Positions 40,466 to 46,463 of a stretch of 46,463 bases of DNA are shown one piece after another. Within the stretch, counting starts at the first letter, position 1, and each line of letters opens with the position of its first letter. The notes under the pieces were generated by a model that did not search any database, was not told where the DNA came from, and worked only from the letters and a program-made list of their open reading frames with translations. This stretch comes from Craspedostauros australis (lineage: Eukaryota), in assembly GCA_030167865.1 (NCBI GenBank), contig JALAGF010005870.1, forward strand, positions 1-46,463, written 5' to 3'. The translations under genes were made by a program, and so were the position numbers.

Positions 40466-41998
40466 TCAGTTGTAGCCATCAATAGTGTACGACTCGTCTC
40501 CCGCGCTTCCTTCTGTGCTGCTGCTGCTGCCGCATTTTTTGACGTTGATATTTGCAATGTCGTCAATCATCTTCACAACAATGACATCATCATCCTCGCT
40601 GCAGTTATCCTCCTCCTCCTCCGCATCATCGTCTTCATCCTCTTCGTCTTCTTCGTCGTCGGAATCACATTCCAGGATGGGTATGAGCACCTTCTCCATC
40701 TCCTTGTGCATGCTAGGCGACAGCTTGATGACGTTCGTCGAGTGGAATTGGAAGGAGTGGTTCTCCTGTTCCTGCGTTGTGGGCTCGAAGAGGAAGTTGG
40801 CCAAGGACTCGCTGTCATGCGGTACGATGGACATGACGTTCCTCAGCCAGCATTCGACGTCGGGACAGTAGGCCACGAGCATGTCGTGAAGCATGGTGAA
40901 GCTGCGGCCCACAAAGGTGGTGGGGACGAAGTCGCTGGTCATGATCGGAGGCAGTTCCGGAATGTCGATGAAAGACAGCGTGGCCACGGCAAGATTCTCG
41001 GCACGTTGGAATGTGCTGCTGCCGCTGTCGGCACCTCCGCCGATGGTGTACCTCCGGATCAAGTTGGTTGATTTGGTCGTGAATGAATCATCGCGGTGAG
41101 GCGATGATCGTGGCGCATTCTCGGACACGTGGGTTGGAAGTGATGATGACGACGATGATGACATGGATGGCAACCACGCGGATTGCTTGGCGTTCATCTC
41201 GCTGATGAGCGCCTCGCGCAGATTGAGCAGGCATTGCATGGTGCGCTTGGCGGTGTACCTACGACCTTGAAAGTTGATGGCAAGTTCGAATTCGATGGCA
41301 TCCTCGTCAACGTGAGACAGCGTGTTTTGTGCGGCTTCGCTGGACTTGTTCCGATGGCGCGCCCCTTGCTGTGGCGAAGAGTAGGGTGATAGACCGTAGT
41401 GCTGCGGTTGCTGAAACGACGCCTGGGTGTCCGTCTGTTGCTGATGCGTTGAGAAGGATGCCGATGGTGATCTCAACGGCGACGTTGGCACAGCTTCCGA
41501 AGTTGGCGCGATTGTCGATGTTGCGCTTGTCGCAGGTGTCGCTTTGACATCATCCACGTGGCCGTGATGATTGTCGTTGGTCTGCTTCGCCTTTGGACGC
41601 TGCAGGATGGACTGGATGAGGTGCACGGGGTTGTACTTGGCATCCTTGATTGCAATCATGATTCGGCTACTGCTACTGCTGCTGCTGTTCCTGCTGGTGC
41701 CGGTGGCGCTGTTGCTTGCAATGGCATCCTGCGTTCCTGGATGCAACGGCTGAGCTGCAGCATGGAGTTGCTTGGAGGCAGTTGATGAGGAGGCGTCGAT
41801 AGTGGTCCTGTTGTTGGTGCTGTTCATGTTCTGTCCCGCTGGGTGATCCGACGTGCCCGTGACGTATGGGAATGTTGCAAATGACAGAGCCGATGCGGGC
41901 TGGGGTGTGAAGCTCTCCACGTCTGTCGAATGGCCGTTGTTGCTGTCGCTGCTGTTGTTCTTGACGGGCGGGAATGGGAAGAGTGCGTAAGCTGACAT
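40466..41998 (-). CDS. Hypothetical protein with a divergent PX-like domain and acidic C-terminus
   Basis: ATG at 41998 (MSAYALFPFPP). FELAINFQGRRYTAKR..L.NLREAL, IPELPP, VECWLRNV..SESLANFL follow PX secondary-structure order; poly-D/E tail. Confidence 0.7.
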   Translation of the reverse strand: MSAYALFPFPPVKNNSSDSNNGHSTDVESFTPQPASALSFATFPYVTGTSDHPAGQNMNSTNNRTTIDASSSTASKQLHAAAQPLHPGTQDAIASNSATGTSRNSSSSSSSRIMIAIKDAKYNPVHLIQSILQRPKAKQTNDNHHGHVDDVKATPATSATSTIAPTSEAVPTSPLRSPSASFSTHQQQTDTQASFQQPQHYGLSPYSSPQQGARHRNKSSEAAQNTLSHVDEDAIEFELAINFQGRRYTAKRTMQCLLNLREALISEMNAKQSAWLPSMSSSSSSSLPTHVSENAPRSSPHRDDSFTTKSTNLIRRYTIGGGADSGSSTFQRAENLAVATLSFIDIPELPPIMTSDFVPTTFVGRSFTMLHDMLVAYCPDVECWLRNVMSIVPHDSESLANFLFEPTTQEQENHSFQFHSTNVIKLSPSMHKEMEKVLIPILECDSDDEEDEEDEDDDAEEEEDNCSEDDDVIVVKMIDDIANINVKKCGSSSSTEGSAGDESYTIDGYN

Positions 41999-43541
41999 GG
42001 TCAAAGTGTTCGCTATGTTGTGAAGTTTCGCTTTGGAGATTGGTGAGAACGGTGGTACGAGCTGGAGCAGCAGTGGTTGTTGGTTGTTGTTTGGAGTCGG
42101 GGGGATGGTTTGGGCAGTGGGAAGGAGGAAAGGCTGGATTGTGAGAATTGATGGTATGGAGCCTGGGGCGCAAGGGCAGGCGTGCTCATGTTCAAGCCCA
42201 GGAGGTTGCAAGTGTGACTCTGTATGAAGTGTAGAGTCCGCGTATGGTTGGCGTAGATCGTATAATAATAGGTTGGCAGAGTGTTGCACGAGTATGGCGT
42301 GGTAGTCGTATGATATCGAGTGGAGCTGTTGCTGGGGCCTGGCGTGTGCTCAATGGTCGACAGGGCCTTGATAATCGAGTCGTACTAGTGCGAGTGTGTA
42401 TGTGTATGTGTACACCAGAGGAGGCACATGGGATGGGTTGAGACCCGATCATGGGAAATGGCCGGGAGCCGTGTGTGCAGGTTTCGCGGAGGACAGGATA
42501 CAATCACATCCCACGAAGGGTTGCGTCCGTATCCGAATCCCATTCTGCCTTGCGATGTGGCTTGACGTGGGCTTTTGGTTCGCATCCCTGGCGCTCTGTA
42601 CGATTGTATCCACAAAGCGGAGTTCCACAGGCTTCAACTTCAGCCATCTTGTCATGCTTCTTTTGCCCTCTGTTTTAGCCCATGTCTCGGTCGTTGGTTG
42701 TCACTGTCGCTGTCACCGATGTTCTCTTGTTGGTGACGGTGCAGGCGTTGGCCGCGTTCCGATTCCAGTTGTCTGTGATTTGTCATCAAGACATTTTGCA
42801 GCCGAATGCGATCTGCAGCTACTCTGCCAATGCACGTACTCAATGCTTCTTCACTACTGGGTCGATGATGGTACTGCTTCACCTCATCGATTCGCTGGTT
42901 CGTCTGTCTCATGCCATGCCATACATGCTCTGCCAATAATTCATCAAGTGCGAGAGTGCGATACGGTATTGCATCGGTCTTGTGCTCAATGCAAATCCTG
43001 CATTGAAATCCTGCATTGACCATGAGCGCTCCTGGACCCGTGAAATTATGGGGACTCATGCCGTACCCATGCCGTACTCATGCCGTACACATGGCCATAC
43101 ATACTCGTACTTCAACATGCATCATCCGAGCAGATCTCCAACACTTCGTTGCATCGCATTGTGCTGCATTGGCGCACGTTATTCTCCTGCTCTGTGCTGA
43201 TACTCGTGGATGCGCATCCAACCAACACAACGCGCGCATTGGAATCTGCCTCCATGTTGGCATGCTGTTCGCTCACCTTTTCTTCTCTTCTGGTTTTCTG
43301 TGTGTTTGTGGAAGTCGTTGTGCAGGACCAGCGGCTCGTACTCTGCGCAGGCGCGTGTTGTTGTGTGTTGTTGTGTGTTACTCTGTGTGGAATAATTGTC
43401 GATCTCGCCTCAAATGATGAGTTGCTGTGTTCCTCTCGTCTTCGATGAGTTTTAGCTGATGGGCAAGATCGCTTGGAAGGAGTGGTTCGGCACGATGATC
43501 ATCCTCGTCAGCCTCAGTCTCCCCTCTCTTGTCGTGGTGGC

Positions 43542-43588
43542 GATGATGACGATGATGACGACGACGATGATGATGATGATGATGATGA
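43542..43588 (+). repeat. (GAT/GAC)n microsatellite
   Basis: Directly visible; intergenic. Confidence 0.9.
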
Positions 43589-44539
43589 GGCGATCATTCA
43601 CTCGGCCCGTCGATTTGTCGCTCTTTCGCTGTGGGCGCGCCACCAACGTGGCGTGTTCACGCTGTACCTCGTATTTTGCATTGTAGGCACTTTACCACGA
43701 TGGAAGTGCTTGGTTCAGCCAAGCACGCTGAGGAGACAAGCTCCTTTGCCCTTTCCATTTGCCTGTCTCTCTTGGCTCTCGCCGTTGGCGCCGTTGTGAG
43801 TCTGGGATAAGACTGTTCTTAACGTCCCTGTAACGTCAGTCGTTAATTACATTCGAGAAATCGCCGAGAAACAAACCAATCACAAATCGCCGGATTCGCC
43901 CACGATCTTTTTCTGCTCGTGTTTCTCCAACGAACGCCCCGAACTTTCTCTCTCCTGTTTCTCATTGATGTGGTGGTCGGAGGGTGATGATGTTCGGATC
44001 TGTGTTCGCGATCGTCATGGCAGAACCAGCTGTTCGGGACCCAGCTTGGATACTGTGTGTCATGTCATATTCTCGACTCGACTTGACTCCACTCGTGACA
44101 CGGAAGCAAAATCGGGGAACCACTTCGAAATTCGCACCGCCAAAAATGACCCAAAACGGCACAGAAAAGACCCAAGCAACACCCAAGATGGATGCGAATG
44201 GTCCCTCTGCCTCTCCGAACAGCCACAGAGCGAAGCCGAAGGAGAGCACAAGGGCAAAGCCGCACAGAGAAGGATCCGCAGCAACGACACGCGGACGACT
44301 GCAACTACTCGCACATGCGAGCAAGTGGCCGACAGACACGAGAATAGTATTGAACACGACCACAAACACAAACAGAGAGCTCACGCCATCATCGACACGA
44401 TCGACATCCCCACAACTTCAACCACCACACGCCAACCATCACCCACCATCCATAGGACGTTGGGGCACACAGCACATGGCACATAGCACACAACCGCTAT
44501 CTTCGTCTTCATCACCACTACCGTCTTTGCCTCGATCAC

Positions 44540-45709
44540 ATGGGAATCTTCGGGTCTGCGATGGCGTTGCCTTCCACGTTGCTGTTCTACGCGACCTGGA
44601 TCGTCTCCAGCTTGCTGCGGCCCTTCATGATGGGAACCATCCTCTGCCTGCTCACCAATATCCCCGCGGCCCATGAAAAGATAAGGCTCTTCCTGCAGAC
44701 CTTCGAATTCCTCGTCTTCAGCAAGGACAAGAAGTGGAAGAAGGCGACGCAGGATCCAGCATCCTTCTTCGACGCTCCGTCTGCCGCAAAGGATGGTGCC
44801 GCCACCAGCGACGGTGACGCCAAGGCCGACGGGGATGCGGATGCCACCAACGACGAAGCCGATGCAGTCGAAAAGAAGACGGTCATCTTCCTGCGCCACG
44901 GCGAGTCCACCTGGAACGACACCTTCAACAAGGGAGAACGCTCGATGCCCAAGTTCGTGATGGGCTTCATCCCGGGAGTCTTCAAGGCCGCCTTCCTCGA
45001 ATGGTACTTCTTCGTCTCCGGCAAGTCCTCCGAAAGCTGGTTCTTCGATTCGCCCCTCTCCGAGAAGGGAAAGACGCAGGCCCGGAACGTGCGGAAGTAC
45101 CTGCGCGACACCAACCCAGACTATTCCACCCCCAAGGAGGCCAGGCTCCTCAAGATGCTCACGGGAGATTCCGACGAGAAGGTCCAGCTCACCACCTCCA
45201 ACCTCAGACGTGCCATGTCCACCATCGCCATCGGTCTGCAGGATCGATTGGACAAACGCATCAAGGGCGATCAGATCATCGTCCTCACCGAGCTGCAGGA
45301 GGTCAGCTTCAACCCGGACGCCCTGTCCATCAGCCCTGCACGTAAGCCACTCATCTCGTCCTGGATGGATTCGCCACGCGTCAAGGAGATCTACGCTGAC
45401 CAGATGGATGTCTCCAAGAACGACGGCAACAAACCCATCTCCAGCAACGGTTTGGAGCGCATGCAGTCCTTCGCTAAGCTCATCTTTGAGGATATTGACG
45501 CACCCAACGTCGTCGCCACGGGCCATTCCTACTGGTTCCGTGCCTTCTTCCAAACCTACCTCCCGCACACCTTCGACCATGTCTGCAAGAAGAACAAGCT
45601 TTGCAACGGGGGCATTGCCGGATTCACTATTTTGAAGAAAAAGACGGAGCAGGGTGACCAGTACATGATCGATCCCAGCAGCATCGTCGTTCTCTACGGT
45701 GGGTTCTAA
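44540..45709 (+). CDS. Histidine phosphatase (phosphoglycerate mutase-like) with hydrophobic N-terminus
   Basis: FLRHGESTWN, DSPLSEKG..QA, TSNLRRAMST, LQE and ATGHSYW motifs; strong C/G bias at third codon positions. Confidence 0.92.
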   Translation: MGIFGSAMALPSTLLFYATWIVSSLLRPFMMGTILCLLTNIPAAHEKIRLFLQTFEFLVFSKDKKWKKATQDPASFFDAPSAAKDGAATSDGDAKADGDADATNDEADAVEKKTVIFLRHGESTWNDTFNKGERSMPKFVMGFIPGVFKAAFLEWYFFVSGKSSESWFFDSPLSEKGKTQARNVRKYLRDTNPDYSTPKEARLLKMLTGDSDEKVQLTTSNLRRAMSTIAIGLQDRLDKRIKGDQIIVLTELQEVSFNPDALSISPARKPLISSWMDSPRVKEIYADQMDVSKNDGNKPISSNGLERMQSFAKLIFEDIDAPNVVATGHSYWFRAFFQTYLPHTFDHVCKKNKLCNGGIAGFTILKKKTEQGDQYMIDPSSIVVLYGGF

Positions 45710-46228
45710 CATAATACTGTTGTAACAGTATTATGGCATAATATGATCTACCATATTACTATTATATGATGCTATTGTGCTCTATGATGCGGTTGTACTG
45801 GAAGCTCCACATGCTTGTTGGCAAGACTACGCTGCGCACACACAAAACAAACAACCAAGCAAGCCTGCATGCAAGAATCGTATGGCAGGTATCATTGTCG
45901 TCCATTACTTCTTGCCAAAGAGCATGCTGGCACAGGAAGCGTATCGGTAGGAATATGATCGAGCAGGATTGCGGAAGCACAAGAACAACCAGTCGGCGGG
46001 AAGGGGAGAGATGATCAGGATAGCTCTCTATGAGAGCGAGCTATTATGTGTACGACTATTCTATTGTACATATAATACCAGTATGGTATTATATGCCAGG
46101 GAGTTGTCGGAAAAGGAGAAAAGCTTACTTTTTATGTCGGAATTGGCAAGACTAGGTACTTGATTAGACACAAATATGTGATGTGCACCCATCATGGTAC
46201 TTTGTTTGTTCCTACTACTATTGAGTAC

Positions 46229-46463
46229 TTAGTTAGTGCTCTCCTTTGTGTTTCTGTTTCTGTTGTTTTCGTTGTTTTTTGGTGTTTGTTTTGGTTTTGT
46301 TCGTGCTGTTGTTGTTATTCTGTGTGATCTACTCTGGGGAGTAGCGCTCTCTGTCTGTGATGTCTGCCTGCTTTGCTGGTTCTCGTGTGATGTTTCTGGT
46401 GTTGACGCATTCACGCTGATGCGGTGATTTTGTTGTTGTTGTTGTTGACGCATCCAGGCTGAT
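46229..46463 (-). CDS. Possible low-complexity 3' end of a gene entering from beyond the window
   Basis: The frame stays open to the window edge and ends convergently with the phosphatase gene. It is Q/N/T-rich with no recognisable motif. Confidence 0.25.
   Translation of the reverse strand, partial: SAWMRQQQQQQNHRISVNASTPETSHENQQSRQTSQTESATPQSRSHRITTTARTKPKQTPKNNENNRNRNTKESTN

Noticed and set aside
41999..42289. Upstream extension of the PX-like ORF
   Set aside because: Non-ATG start and leader-like C/A-rich composition; ATG 41998 is preferred.
43965..44676. Overlapping 173-aa and 230-aa plus-strand ORFs
   Set aside because: Low-complexity A/C-rich leader-like sequence, no motifs, and the longer one overlaps the phosphatase gene out of frame.
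44381..45712. 443-aa minus-strand ORF
   Set aside because: Antisense shadow of the codon-biased phosphatase gene; no motifs.

Overview
Gene-dense eukaryotic DNA, most likely from a diatom (inferred from short GT-AG introns, a membrane cyclase-phosphodiesterase fusion and an Ambal-like LINE). The host genes, in order, are a type II membrane protein with Cys/WY repeats, an F-box-like protein, an SNM1/DCLRE1 nuclease with UBA and PIP-like tail, a large WD40 protein, a CHASE-like/cyclase/PDE receptor whose two catalytic sites look dead, a ~3000-aa TMEM131-like protein with a ~1 kb first intron, a p24/GOLD protein, a PX-like protein and a histidine phosphatase. The main accessory feature is an apparently intact non-LTR retrotransposon on the minus strand (13385-22706). 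It has a PHD-like ORF1, an APE-RT-RNase H-CCHC ORF2, a (TAT)n tail and a perfect 17-bp target-site duplication. It sits just past the WD40 stop codon, in an imperfect palindrome built from motifs (ATGGTAC, TACTCC) that recur near other gene 3' ends. A 412-bp duplication around the N gap is probably an assembly artefact. All family calls come from motif recognition by eye; no searches were run.
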